Shown: piece after piece, positions 51,075-62,329 of the stretch
How the letters are laid out: each line of letters begins with the position of its first letter
How positions within the stretch are numbered: the stretch's first letter is position 1
DNA from: an uncultured Desulfosarcina sp.
Lineage (GTDB): Bacteria; Desulfobacterota; Desulfobacteria; Desulfobacterales; Desulfosarcinaceae
Direction of reading: 5' to 3'
Assembly (NCBI GenBank): GCA_963674945.2
Contig: CAXXWQ010000004.1
Location: forward strand, 736,001 to 800,000
DNA length: 64,000 nucleotides
Made by a program: the position numbers and the translations under genes
The notes under the pieces: model-generated
The model's database searches: none
The model's input: the letters and a program-made list of their open reading frames with translations, nothing else
What the model was told of the DNA's origin: nothing

Positions 51075-51618
51075 CATCGGTGTGTTGGTGATTTGTCTGG
51101 TCGTCATTGAAATGGATGTCCAGGCCAAGAACCTGGGCCGTGTGGGGCCAGTATATCCGATCGTTGAGAAAGCGGTAACGCCTGATCAAGACAGTTCGGA
51201 TCATCGCCCTCAACCGCCCTACCCCATGTCGCTGCCGGTCGCACTGGCCGAAACACAGGAGTTTCTGGATTTGACCTATACAGTTCCCTGGGACATCGCC
51301 GATGCGAAAGGAAATATCGTCTACCCGAAAGGGTATCGCTACAATCCTTTGGCACATCGCCGTTTTCGCACCATGATCGTCATCGATGGAAGTGAGCCGA
51401 ACCAGATCGACTGGGCACTGCATCTGGAACAGACCTCCGACCCCATGACGCGTGTGGTGATCACCCAGGGCAACCCAAAAGACGTATCCCAACGATTCAA
51501 CCGGCGCGTTTACCGATTGCATCCAAAGCTGGCTCAGCGCTTTGGGATAAAGAACGTACCCACCATCGTCCAACAGAAAGGAGAGATCCTTGCGGTTACA
51601 TCGAAGCCTGTCCATTAG
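51034..51618 (+). CDS. traW: TraW-like pilus assembly protein
   Basis: LGRVGPVYPIVE, DAKGNIVYPKG.RYNPL and RFGIKNVP. Confidence 0.8.
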   Translation: MKRFKSSPIKGVFSIGVLVICLVVIEMDVQAKNLGRVGPVYPIVEKAVTPDQDSSDHRPQPPYPMSLPVALAETQEFLDLTYTVPWDIADAKGNIVYPKGYRYNPLAHRRFRTMIVIDGSEPNQIDWALHLEQTSDPMTRVVITQGNPKDVSQRFNRRVYRLHPKLAQRFGIKNVPTIVQQKGEILAVTSKPVH

Positions 51619-52519
51619 TTGGATACTGATTCTTCTGCTGCCCACGCTTGTGGGTGCGACATGAATCGAACAGGAATGGAACCCGGGTGGGTTCGACTTC
51701 GAGTTTGAAGTGCTTAGCGCCTGTGTTTGTTGTTCCAGTCCGTATGATTGCAGATATGGTGCGCTCATCGCATTTTGGGAACCTCACCGAATTATCGAGA
51801 CGGTCAAAGACCCGTATTGTTCGCCGACCGGATCGCAATCCTTTCTGCTGAGCGAAGGGGCAGGATCTTTGGATCAATTGTTTTTCAGCGGGACTCATTC
51901 CGACCATTCCAATACGGAAGACGCAACTGTTTTTGCGCAAGTACATTATCTTACTCACCCTATGCTGAATGTAATGATCACGGTCTTTGACGGTATCTGC
52001 CATGAGTTTTCGGACAGTAGAATGGAATACATCACGGAGATCGACGGTGAGTGGCAAGAAATCTACAGCTCCATGTGGTGGCCGGAAGCATCGCTGTTTG
52101 CCACGTATCCCATGGTCGAAGCCTGCATGGCCGATGCCGCTACGGCACAGTTCGGAACACCCATGGATGCATTGTACTGGTGCCTGGGCGCATGGGGGAC
52201 CCTTTTTAACATGAATGGCCATTTCAACCAGGATGAGTACACCACGGGAAATGCTGGCCTTGCTGCCCGGGCCGTCGCCCATATGGGTCGCCTGGGCTTG
52301 TTGATGGATGCCGCCTCCGTACCTTGTTACGCCGTACCGATGCCCATCTGGATAAAAAGCTATTTCAGGCTGCAGCCACTAAGGCCGAGTGAACGGCCTT
52401 TTAAGATTCCTATCGGCATGGATCCGCTATTTTGGGCCGGAGGCCTGAACCGTGTGGAATTGGGCGGCGACAACTTTGCGTGGCTTCTGTGGAGGCTTCG
52501 TATTTGCTGTGCCAGTTGA
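51590..52519 (+). CDS. traU: TraU with in-frame TGA at codon 25 (selenocysteine or nonsense mutation)
   Basis: FWEP, YWCLGAWG and PIWIKS.FR motifs. A TTG start with RBS AAAGGAG and a signal peptide lie in frame upstream of TGA 51662-51664. Confidence 0.8.
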
Positions 52520-52554
52520 TTACAAATCTTTAGGGAAGTATTTCGTGAACTGAC

Positions 52555-53235
52555 ATGAAATCAATCCATTTGGCAATTTCACTATCGTTGATCGCGGGAT
52601 TGGCCCTTTTTGCCAATGCGCAGGATATTGAGAAGATCGTCGAAGGGATCGAAAAAAGCCCCTATTACGAAGCTGCCAAACAGTGCGTTAAACGAAATGA
52701 AAAGGAGATTACTCGAAACGTACAACTAAAGATTGATGAGAAGAAAGATGCTGTAGCTGCTATCAATGAACAATTAAGAGGGACATTCGTAGAATCAAAA
52801 ACGTCTGGCCCCGAGGATCCCAATGCCTGTTTTGACGCGCAATCCCGTATCTATATTTTTGTATCCCAGTCGATCCCCCTTTCAGTTCTCAAATCCTTTG
52901 CCGCTGACATCGACACCCTTGGAAGCGATAATATACGGCTTGTGTTCAAAGCATTCCCGAAGGACTTCTTGCATCGGTTTTTACAAAAAGACCACGGCTG
53001 CACGAATGAAAATTGTGTGGTCAAGGCAAAGGTTATCGTCGGCGAGAACCTTTTTAAACGGTTTGTGGTGGACAAGGTGCCGGCCGTGATCTTTGATCCC
53101 GACCCTACCAGCTCACATGAGGGCTGGCTGCTCGTTTATGGGGCAACATCCTTACATCAGGCATTGACGCTGTTTCATCGAGAGTCCGGCCGGCAAGAAC
53201 TGAAACTGGCTGCAAACCGGGCAGGTCAAAATTGA
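52555..53235 (+). CDS. trbC: TrbC-like F-type pilus assembly protein
   Basis: IFVSQSIP and LFKRFVVDKVPA motifs, plus a signal peptide. Confidence 0.8.
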   Translation: MKSIHLAISLSLIAGLALFANAQDIEKIVEGIEKSPYYEAAKQCVKRNEKEITRNVQLKIDEKKDAVAAINEQLRGTFVESKTSGPEDPNACFDAQSRIYIFVSQSIPLSVLKSFAADIDTLGSDNIRLVFKAFPKDFLHRFLQKDHGCTNENCVVKAKVIVGENLFKRFVVDKVPAVIFDPDPTSSHEGWLLVYGATSLHQALTLFHRESGRQELKLAANRAGQN

Positions 53236-53696
53236 AATGGCCGAAACCAAACAAAAGATTATTCGGTTACATCATGCTACTTTGCATTTCGCTTGTCATC
53301 GGCATGATCATACCGACGCGTCTGACCATAACCAAAACCGATAGCGTTAAATATCATCTGTTCTGGGAGATCAATCGAAAGGCACTTGAAAAAGGAGATT
53401 ACGTGCGACTCCCCCTGTTCGAACCGGACGTGGGATGCGAACCTTGCAGCATCGTCAAGCGTGTCGGATGTCTTCCGGGAGATCGGTTGGTCAACGAGGA
53501 TATAGAGTACTTCTGCAATGATAATTATCTGGGACAGTGCAAAACAGGAAAAAATATCGTGCCATTTCGATTCTCCGGAACGGTGCCCCCAGGAATGGTT
53601 TTTCTGATAGGTGACAGGGATAACAGCTATGACTCTCGATATTTCGGGTTTAAATCGATTGCCGATATCGAAACGGTGCTGTTTCCTCTTTTTTAG
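53232..53696 (+). CDS. S26 conjugative signal peptidase (TrhF-like pilin maturase)
   Basis: TDSV Ser, VKRV Lys and SYDSRYFG motifs. Confidence 0.88.
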   Translation: MKWPKPNKRLFGYIMLLCISLVIGMIIPTRLTITKTDSVKYHLFWEINRKALEKGDYVRLPLFEPDVGCEPCSIVKRVGCLPGDRLVNEDIEYFCNDNYLGQCKTGKNIVPFRFSGTVPPGMVFLIGDRDNSYDSRYFGFKSIADIETVLFPLF

Positions 53697-54492
53697 TCTT
53701 CTTCTCATGGCACCTTGCGTATGGGCTGGAGAGACTTTCTGGGAGGATCGCCAAAGGGGATACTTTTGGTACGAAGACCCGCAAGAGCAGCCGACCCAAG
53801 AGCAAGAAGAAACGATCGAGGATAAACCAGTGAATAGCAACCCCCTACAAGATGAAAAGCCGGATCAATACACCTATGATGAACTTTTCGATTTGCATCC
53901 GGACCGATTTCAAGTGGTGATCGACGAAAGGCTCAAGCATGCTGTGCACCGTCCAACCGAAGTAAATGTGTTGCGGTTTTTAGAGGCTACCGACGTGGCC
54001 AAAAAGAAAAGTCGCCTTGTGGCCAATGTCGCCGGCTATGTGGCCATGCAAAACCCGCGGTTGACCGGCGAGTCCCGGTATCCCTATTCGCAGCCCGGTC
54101 GCAGCGCATACATTGAAAAGCGTAATAGCGAAGTCCAAACGACCCTGGAGGAATTCAAGGATCGATATGCCATCATCGCCTTCAACCAGATGGGGTGCGG
54201 CTATTGCCAGGCACAGGAAGAGATTCTGGCCTACTTCGAACATTTGAATGGCTGGACCGTGCGGCGGATCGACATCGCCGAAAACCCGGAACTGGCAACC
54301 AAATTTCGAGTCGAGACAACACCCACGTTGCTTCTGGTATCTCGGAGCACCCAAAAATCGCAGATCGTCTCTTCGGGTGTGATTTCGTTGGATCAGCTCA
54401 CCAAGCGCGTTTACCAGTTGATCCGTATGATGGAAGACCGTGCCGATCCGAAACAGTTCTATCAAATGGATTATCAAGAAGCCGCAAATTAA
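53659..54492 (+). CDS. traF: TraF thioredoxin-like protein
   Basis: GYFWYED, PTE.NV, CGYC and TPTL motifs. Start approximate. Confidence 0.85.
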   Translation: MPISKRCCFLFFSLLLMAPCVWAGETFWEDRQRGYFWYEDPQEQPTQEQEETIEDKPVNSNPLQDEKPDQYTYDELFDLHPDRFQVVIDERLKHAVHRPTEVNVLRFLEATDVAKKKSRLVANVAGYVAMQNPRLTGESRYPYSQPGRSAYIEKRNSEVQTTLEEFKDRYAIIAFNQMGCGYCQAQEEILAYFEHLNGWTVRRIDIAENPELATKFRVETTPTLLLVSRSTQKSQIVSSGVISLDQLTKRVYQLIRMMEDRADPKQFYQMDYQEAAN

Positions 54493-54505
54493 CGAGGTGA
54501 TATCC

Positions 54506-55921
54506 ATGAAAAAACGTTTGCTGATAAGCATGATCCTTGTCCTGGCGATGTCCGGAATTGCTTTCGCCGATGATTGGATCGACAACTGGATACAACAGGC
54601 GACCCATAGCGGCCCCAACATGTTTGAAAGCCAGAAACGGGGATATGCCTCGGCCGGGAGCCTGTCCCTTCGCTTTCGCAATGAAAATGATTATCTGGTG
54701 AGTGTTGCACCGCCTCGCTTTCGCGCCGGATGCGGTGGCATCGATATGTTTATGGGAAGCTTTGCCTACCTGGACGCCGAATATCTGATGGAAAAACTTG
54801 AACGTATCGCGGAAGGCGGGGTGGCGACCTTTGTCTACGATATCGCCATGTCGGTACTCTCCGAGCCAATCCAAAAATCGATGAAGTCATTGGAGGCAAT
54901 GGTGGATCGGCTCAATCAACTGCAGATCGATGACTGCCGGGCCGCCAAGGGTGTTGCGACCTATCTCAAAAGTACCTCCTCGGGAGAGGATCAATCCGAA
55001 GCCCTTCAGAAATTTCTCATCGAGAGCGGGATCCATGAATTTTACCAGGGCTCTCAGGATGAGTACAATCATGCCAACACTCAGCAGGTCATGCAGGCGA
55101 CCGGGGTTTCGGTAAACGATATGACCGCCGGCTGCCCCGAAGAGATGCGACGGGTATTTTTCAGAAACGGTTCGCTGTTGGCCAACGTCGCAATGGAAAA
55201 CAATATTCCTGAATCCCAGACCCGGATCATGTCTGCCTTTGTAGGTGACGTGCTGATCGACAACGGCAATTATTTCATGGTCGGTCCTTGCTACAACGAC
55301 CCCGGGGATGTGGATGCGCTGATCTTTGGTGACCTCATCACCCGAAATACCACCAACGAGTGCAGGCAATTGGATCACATCCGAATCAACGGCGTGAACT
55401 ATGACTCTCTCTACGATTGGTCCTATGCCATGATCGGTGAGATTATCACGGCCATCGGCACGAAAGCGGATCTATCCGCTACGGCGCAGTCCTTTATCGA
55501 AAGCATGCCCTCTCCGTTGTATATGCTGATCCTAAACGACATCATGGCCGTTGGGGATTTGAACAATGCAGAAGAGATCTCCGGCCGTCTTTCATACGTG
55601 TGTGCCCTTTCCTATGCCTACCAGATGAGCAAGTCGCTTTTGTTCAACACCTACAAACTCTATCACGATGCCATGCGCATCGCGCACAATCAGTTGGGGC
55701 CGAATGCCGGAGGAAGATGTGTCCAGCAACTCGTCGAACAGCCGGCAAGCTACATCGAAACCATACTGGGCCGATTGGACAGCATGTACGGCTATCTCGA
55801 AGAAGCCTATGGCGCTTCATTGCAGCGAATCACCAACGGCCTGGAGCAGGAAAGATTGATCCAGGCCAGAAGTGATCGTCTGGATCGTGTCTCTTTCGAC
55901 AAATCGGGGATACCCAAATGA
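54506..55921 (+). CDS. traH: TraH
   Basis: QKRGY.SAG and PPRFRAGCGGIDMFMGSF. Confidence 0.92.
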   Translation: MKKRLLISMILVLAMSGIAFADDWIDNWIQQATHSGPNMFESQKRGYASAGSLSLRFRNENDYLVSVAPPRFRAGCGGIDMFMGSFAYLDAEYLMEKLERIAEGGVATFVYDIAMSVLSEPIQKSMKSLEAMVDRLNQLQIDDCRAAKGVATYLKSTSSGEDQSEALQKFLIESGIHEFYQGSQDEYNHANTQQVMQATGVSVNDMTAGCPEEMRRVFFRNGSLLANVAMENNIPESQTRIMSAFVGDVLIDNGNYFMVGPCYNDPGDVDALIFGDLITRNTTNECRQLDHIRINGVNYDSLYDWSYAMIGEIITAIGTKADLSATAQSFIESMPSPLYMLILNDIMAVGDLNNAEEISGRLSYVCALSYAYQMSKSLLFNTYKLYHDAMRIAHNQLGPNAGGRCVQQLVEQPASYIETILGRLDSMYGYLEEAYGASLQRITNGLEQERLIQARSDRLDRVSFDKSGIPK

Positions 55922-58329
55922 AACGACTTTTCAAAATCCTTCCCCTGTTGATTGTACTCATGCCGGGCGCAGCCTTTGCTCAGGTTCCGGATACATTCAG
56001 GGAGTATGTCACCTATGGCGGTTTCCATTGCATCTATAACGCCTTGAGTCGCATCGCGCTGAGTTTTTCGGACAACTCCTATGAGGGGCTTTTCGTCGCA
56101 TTCATGGTGGTGGCCATCACCTTTTGGCTGGGTTGGGGCGCCATCGGCTATTTTAGAAATGGCAGTGCACTTGGTTTCATTTACATGGCGTTTACTATTT
56201 TATCCGGGTGTATCGTCTATTTCGCTTTAATCCGCCCCACAACATCCATGGTGGTGTATGACGAGCTTTTGAACGTTCATCAGGAGGTGGCGGACGTTCC
56301 CGAGGGTGTGGTTCTTCTGGCCGGCATGCAAAACAGTTTTACCCGCACCGTAACCGACATCATCTGGACATCTGCTAATCCGGAAGTGTACGACTATCGG
56401 CAAAACGCCAACGGGGATGTCTACAATATCGTTCGCCAGGTCTATAACGGAGAGATCGATATCTCTACCGAAAATGGAAACGGACGCTATATCAATGCCT
56501 CCTTGCGGCGCTTTTGCGAAGATTGCGTTACCTTCGAAATCCTCCGGCCCCAAAGTGATCTGAATGTCAACATGTTCGCCACCAGTTCGGATTTGACCGA
56601 ACTATTGGAAGCAGCGCAGAACCCGTCGGTATTCACGGTCTATTTCAGTGATGCCAATCGCACCGGCATAACGATGAGCTGTTCCGAAGCTTATGATCGA
56701 ATCGTCAGTGATCTGAACACCATCACCGACGTTTCCGATGAGAACATGAATTTCTGGCGAACCAAGTGCGCCGAGGCCGGGTACCATAACAGCACGGAAA
56801 TGGTTGGCCAGGACCAGATCGAACGCTGCATGGAAAGAACCACACAATTTTTATCCTACATCACCCAGGGTAACGTGGCTCCTTCGGAAGTCACCCGCAA
56901 CCTTCTGATCTCCCGTGAACTTTGGAACGCGGCTCTCAATGCCGATATCGCCACTCTCGGAGACTATAGAATCGGCACGGCCCTGTCGGGTGAAGCCATT
57001 TCTACGGATCGATGGCTGCCATTGATCAAAGAGGTCATGACCGCAATTTATTTAGGGCTGGTACCCTTTCTGGTCATTTTATTGCCGACACCGCTTTTGG
57101 ATCGAGTCGGTGGGCTGATCATCGGTTTTTTCTGTTTTCTGACGGCCTGGGAGGTCTGCGATGCCCTGATCCACAGTTTTGCCATGGATCATACCATCAA
57201 CTTCTTCGATGAAATTCGTCGCAACGGGCTCAGTTTTAAATCCATTGCCATGATGGAAAGCCACAGTCACCGATCCATGTTAATGTTCGGAAAGACCCGT
57301 GCTGCCACAATGATCCTGGCCGGCGTAATCTCTGGGGTAATCGCCAAGTTCGGTGGCGCGGCCCTGGCCCACTTTGCCAATACCATGAACTTCGGACATT
57401 TGGGTATCGAGGCGGCAACCCGAATCAATGACCCCTCTCAGCAGGCCAATGCCTTGGAGTCCTATGTCAAAACACCCGTTCCTGTTGAGACGCATCGCAA
57501 TCAGGGCTATCATGAGATGGTTCGCCTCGCCAATCTTGCATATGCCGGTAACGTATCGGGAAGTGACAATTTATTTACCGACAGTGACGGATCGTTCCCA
57601 ACCGCAGCTACCCATAAAGGCAGGGAAATGACCAATCGCACGCTCGATGGTTCGGCACGTTACTCTGCCGTCAACAAACAAGCCGGAATCAAGGACATGA
57701 ACGATCAGGACGCCCGCGAACTGATGCAGGAAAGCCAGGTGGCCAGCGGCCTGTCATCTGCGTCACGAGCCGAAAGTTTGGGTATGGAAGAGCATTACGA
57801 CCGGACAAGTACGGAAATGATCAGAAACGATTCTGCCTTGAAAGCATTTGGAAAAGATGGTGAACTAAGTGAAAGACAGGCTCAGGCGGGCACCATTCAG
57901 GGAACGCAGCAGCGCGGAACCTTGGATGCAAACCGCGCCATCGGCAATCAAGGGATATACCAGACGGCTCATACCGACACTGCCCGTCACAGCGCTCATT
58001 CCATCCTGGCAAACATTGTGGCAACGGATATTCTGCAAAATGGAGCCGTCAGCCAAAAAAACCGTGATCTTCTCAATCGATTGAATGAGGATCAGGATGT
58101 AAAGGGCTATCTTCAGACTGCCACACGTATGGATGTTTCTCCAAATGAAAATGAAGCCGATGCCCTGGCTTCCTATTTTGGTTCTCACGGTCATAGTTTT
58201 ACTTCTGGTATGCTACAAGGCTCACAGGTGAGTTTTAAAATGGCCTATGATCCGAAAAGCGGAGACATCATTCCATCTAACATCGACGTTTCGACCGGTG
58301 CTGGTTTCCACAGTTTTGGTCAATACTTT

Positions 58330-60785
58330 CAGGAAACTTGATTTCCTAATTGTTGCATATGGCAAGCAAAACATAATGTAAGTGGTTGAAAAACAGAAAG
58401 ATAGGAGTCTGAATCCAGCAGGCCGGTAAGGTATTGCAACCGGAAAATGAACATGGCACCTTTAACCTTATTATCTTGGCGGATAAATGAAAGGAAAAGG
58501 ATGCCATGCCTCAACAGATACTACCACTTATTCCTCGCGGTGCAAGACAAATCAACGGGCTTGTCAGTGTATTTCGTGACGATACGACCTGGACCTATTT
58601 TCTATCGACCGTTCCGATTTATTCTCACAGACAAGGCGATCAACGAATGTTTCGGATGATAACAGCCCAACTGGTTGAATCCGGAGCTTGCCGCCAGATC
58701 GATATCCAAAACACATTCGGCGTATCCAAGAGCAATGTCATCCGATCCGTGAACAAACTCAGGTCCGGCGGCGCCGAGGCATTTTTCGTTCAGCGGCGGG
58801 GACGACGCGGCGGCAAGGTTTTCAAACCTGAGGTGCTTGAACAAGCCCAACGTTTACTGGATCAAGGGTGCTCGAAAAAAGATGCCGCCCTGGAACTTGG
58901 CATTAAATACGATACGTTTCGCAAAGCTATAGATGATGGTCGGTTAATCGAATCAAGGATTGGTGAACCGTGTCTAACCAAATCAGATCGGGACATGGTC
59001 GACATGGCTGCTGCCGATGGTATGGGGACGGCTTGCAACCGAGTCGGGGAACGCATATTGGCATCATTGGGCAAAATGGTTGGTGCGCCGGTTCGTTTTG
59101 ACAGATGCCTGGACGTTCCCAAAGCAGGCGTTCTTTGTGCGATACCGTCATTGGTGGCAAACGGGTTGTTTACCGGCGCAAAACAGTTCCTCGGCCAAGT
59201 CAAAGGCTATTACACGATCTTTCATGTCTTGTTGCTGCTTTCGTTTATGGCCTTATGCAGGATCAAGACGACAGAAAAAATACGAGGCCATGCTCCGGGA
59301 GAATTTGGTAAGTTATTGGGCTTGGATCGTGCACCGGAGGTTCGCTGTTTGCGTTACAAGATGGATGCGTTGAGCGCAGACCACGGCGCGGAAAAGTGGG
59401 CCGCATACCTCGGTAAATACTGGATGGAACAGGCGCCCGAATCGGTTGGCGCGCTTTATGTTGACGGGCATGTACGTGTTTATCATGGAAAATTGACCCG
59501 ACTACCGCGCCGCTACGTGTCCCGGGAACGATTGTGCATGAGGGGCATTACCGACTATTGGGTTAACGATGCGATTGGCCGACCTTTTTTTGTCGTCGAA
59601 AAGCAGATCGATCCTGGATTATTGGCGGTTTTAAGAGACGATATCGTTCCCCGGTTGTTGCAAGACGTTCCGAATCAACCCGGTTTGCAGCAACTACAAG
59701 AGAACCCATGTTTATGCCGGTTCGTTCTTGTTTTCGACAGGGAAGGATATAGTCCCGCATTCTTCAAGGAAATGTGGGATCGCCATCGAATCGGCTGCAT
59801 GACGTATCATAAGCATCCTGGTGAATCATGGCCGGAGCATTGGTTCACCGAGTATGAAGTTGCGATGCCAAACAAAGAGGTGGTGAAGATGCGGCTTTGC
59901 GAAATGGGTAGTTTGGTGGGATCTGGTAAGGGTGCAACATGGATGCGACAAGTGCGAAAACTGACCGATTCCGGACACCAGACCAGCGTAATCAGCACCG
60001 CTTTCGATTTGCCGCATACTCAATTGGCAGCACGCATGTTCAGCCGGTGGTGTCAGGAAAACTTTTTCAACTATATGATGCAACATTTTGATATCGATGT
60101 GCTTTTAGATTATGGTGTCGTTGAATTTCCTGATACCGAACGGGTAATCAACCCCGTTTGGCGGCAATTGAATCAATCCCGTAATTCGTTGCAGAACAAG
60201 CTACGATATCGTCGTGCCTGTTTTGCCGAGATGACCATTCACCCTGAAAATGAAGACAAACCGGTAAAGTTTAAGAAGTGGATAGAGAAAAAGGCCGAGC
60301 TGTTAGAAGAAATCGAAAAGATGGAGTATCAACTCAGCGAGTTGAAAGAAAAACGAAAACAGACAAGTAAACACATCACGTGGGGAGAACTTGAAGCAAA
60401 AGATAAATTTTTACGTTTACAACCGGGCAGAAAACGCCTGATGGACACGGTTCGTATGATTGCATATCGTGCAGAGACGGCAATGGTTGGGTTGCTCACG
60501 GGTCCGACGGTAAACTCGTCGGATGCACGGAGTCTTCTCCAGACACTGTTCCAGACCGAAGGCGATGTACTGCCCGATATTGAAAATCAGCAATTGAATA
60601 TACGATTGCACGGCGCTTCGTTCCCAGCGGCCAATCGGGCTCTTTGCCAACTGTTTGCGCATCTGAACAGTGCGCAGGTAAAATACCCCGGTACCGAGCT
60701 GCAAATGATATTCGAACTAAATGGCTGCAGCACCTCAAATCATGCCGGAGGTGTCACATAGTTTTCCCGGAGATGCAGTGTTCTG
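58330..60785 (+). mobile_element. Insertion sequence, 2456 bp, copy 2
   Basis: Same termini as copy 1. TSD ACTTT at 58325-58329 and 60786-60790. Confidence 0.95.
58506..60761 (+). CDS. DDE transposase, translation appears identical to 19598-21853
   Basis: Same 751-aa sequence in the ORF track. Confidence 0.88.
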   Translation: MPQQILPLIPRGARQINGLVSVFRDDTTWTYFLSTVPIYSHRQGDQRMFRMITAQLVESGACRQIDIQNTFGVSKSNVIRSVNKLRSGGAEAFFVQRRGRRGGKVFKPEVLEQAQRLLDQGCSKKDAALELGIKYDTFRKAIDDGRLIESRIGEPCLTKSDRDMVDMAAADGMGTACNRVGERILASLGKMVGAPVRFDRCLDVPKAGVLCAIPSLVANGLFTGAKQFLGQVKGYYTIFHVLLLLSFMALCRIKTTEKIRGHAPGEFGKLLGLDRAPEVRCLRYKMDALSADHGAEKWAAYLGKYWMEQAPESVGALYVDGHVRVYHGKLTRLPRRYVSRERLCMRGITDYWVNDAIGRPFFVVEKQIDPGLLAVLRDDIVPRLLQDVPNQPGLQQLQENPCLCRFVLVFDREGYSPAFFKEMWDRHRIGCMTYHKHPGESWPEHWFTEYEVAMPNKEVVKMRLCEMGSLVGSGKGATWMRQVRKLTDSGHQTSVISTAFDLPHTQLAARMFSRWCQENFFNYMMQHFDIDVLLDYGVVEFPDTERVINPVWRQLNQSRNSLQNKLRYRRACFAEMTIHPENEDKPVKFKKWIEKKAELLEEIEKMEYQLSELKEKRKQTSKHITWGELEAKDKFLRLQPGRKRLMDTVRMIAYRAETAMVGLLTGPTVNSSDARSLLQTLFQTEGDVLPDIENQQLNIRLHGASFPAANRALCQLFAHLNSAQVKYPGTELQMIFELNGCSTSNHAGGVT

Positions 60786-61589
60786 ACTTTGAGCGACCCA
60801 TTACGCCTGCTCAACCTTATGTCCTGGCCAATCCTTCCTCGGGAGACACCGTGACCATCACATCCGGAAGGGTTTACGGGCAATCCGGTGTTTACCAGCA
60901 GGCCGAAGGATTTATGTCTGACGGCACACCGGTTAGTATGGGTTCTTCCGATGGCCATGTTATGGACCGCATGTCACTGGGTGAAAGGTTCAATGGCTTT
61001 GGGACGCCGTATGTTCTTTCTCGCCTGGGCCAGGGTATTGATACGATGGTCAGAGGGGTTGATCTTACAGATGCGTCACAACGTGCTGAAGTAGTTCCGC
61101 AAATAGCAAAGGCGGTCTCGTCTAATTTTATCTCCGCCAATCAGAACTATCTGGACCAAGTAACTTCCTCATTAGGTGGTTCTCTTGGTTTGGGGACAGG
61201 CAAAATCATCGGTGCCTCCGGCAGTGCCGGTGTAACGTTCTCCAAGCGTGATCTGACCGAACTATCCCAAAACGTGATAACCCAACGCCTTATGGATGTG
61301 ACCGCAAATGCCTCTACCAATCAGATTGCCAGAGAAGCGCTCCAATATGAAGTCAGCGCAATGACAGCCAACAACTACAGATATATGAAATCAGCCATCA
61401 AAGAGTATAGCCAGAATCACATCAAGGATATGGCCAGTGATGCTGTTGATAAAATGAAAAATGGTCCAAAGGATTTCGATAAGAATATCAAAGACATGAA
61501 CGAAAATCTAAAAGGCTGGGATGATATAGGCATGTGATTGGTTTACAGGACAAGGAGGCAAAAACAACAGATGAATTTGGAGGACTTAA

Positions 61590-61826
61590 ATGAGTGACAA
61601 TACATATTTTCTCATAATGATCCTTTTTTTGGCTATTTTCATTCTGGGTTTCATCTATCGATTGTTATTTAATCGATTTAAATCAAAAGGCGATAAAAAT
61701 GCGATAGAACCAACCTCAACTCAGGATATTGAGAAGGAATTCGATGATGATCCCGTCATAAATCCCGGCTATTCCTCTCTTAATTGCAATGTCTTTCACA
61801 AAGACCGTTACGATAGTAATGATTAA
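61590..61826 (+). CDS. Small single-pass membrane protein
   Basis: RBS GGAGG and an N-terminal TM helix. Confidence 0.6.
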   Translation: MSDNTYFLIMILFLAIFILGFIYRLLFNRFKSKGDKNAIEPTSTQDIEKEFDDDPVINPGYSSLNCNVFHKDRYDSND

Positions 61827-62292
61827 ACCTACTCACTCCACAGGACTTTACTGGAAAGCAGACAGCTTGTCCAACATACTGAATACAATAGTGATGATTT
61901 GTTTTCTATGTGGAGTTCTCGGTTGCGGAGGGGCTTCGGATTCCTCAATTACAGACAATATCTCTCAACCTAAAAATGGCCCACTGGCAGGTATTTGGAT
62001 TGGATCGACAAACGGAGTTACACACACAATTACCATCGACGGTCAGGGTAACATCTATGTTGCGGCATGGGATACGAGCGACGCGTGCTTTACGAGTGAC
62101 TCCGGTACAACCGTTCATTTAGACAGCCATGTTGAGATTCTTTGCAGCGGTTATGATGACGATCGACAACGCTACCTTTATTTAAGCATTTATGGTGAAT
62201 ACGACGGTGAGGATACCATCGACGGCCAAGTGTACGCCGAAGAGTGTGGTGCCCGTGATGAACCGATCATTTTAAACCGCTTGGTGGATTAG
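61819..62292 (+). CDS. Hypothetical lipoprotein
   Basis: Lipobox VLGC followed by GGASDSS. Start uncertain. Confidence 0.55.
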   Translation: MIKPTHSTGLYWKADSLSNILNTIVMICFLCGVLGCGGASDSSITDNISQPKNGPLAGIWIGSTNGVTHTITIDGQGNIYVAAWDTSDACFTSDSGTTVHLDSHVEILCSGYDDDRQRYLYLSIYGEYDGEDTIDGQVYAEECGARDEPIILNRLVD

Positions 62293-62329
62293 GTTCAGGC
62301 ATTATAAGGCTAACAGGATTGCTGACTTC

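Larger units (their letters stand above)
55918..61537 (+). pseudogene. traG: traG (about 1052 aa when restored) interrupted by an IS
   Basis: Multi-TM TraG N-terminal domain following traH. Removing 58330-60790 restores GQYF-ERPITP in frame. Confidence 0.85.

Noticed and set aside
19422..60785. Composite transposon bounded by the two IS copies
   Set aside because: Each copy has its own distinct 5-bp TSD and interrupts a different gene, which indicates independent insertions.
60644..61537. Independent 297-aa gene
   Set aside because: The N-terminus is read from IS sequence and the remainder is the traG 3' fragment.
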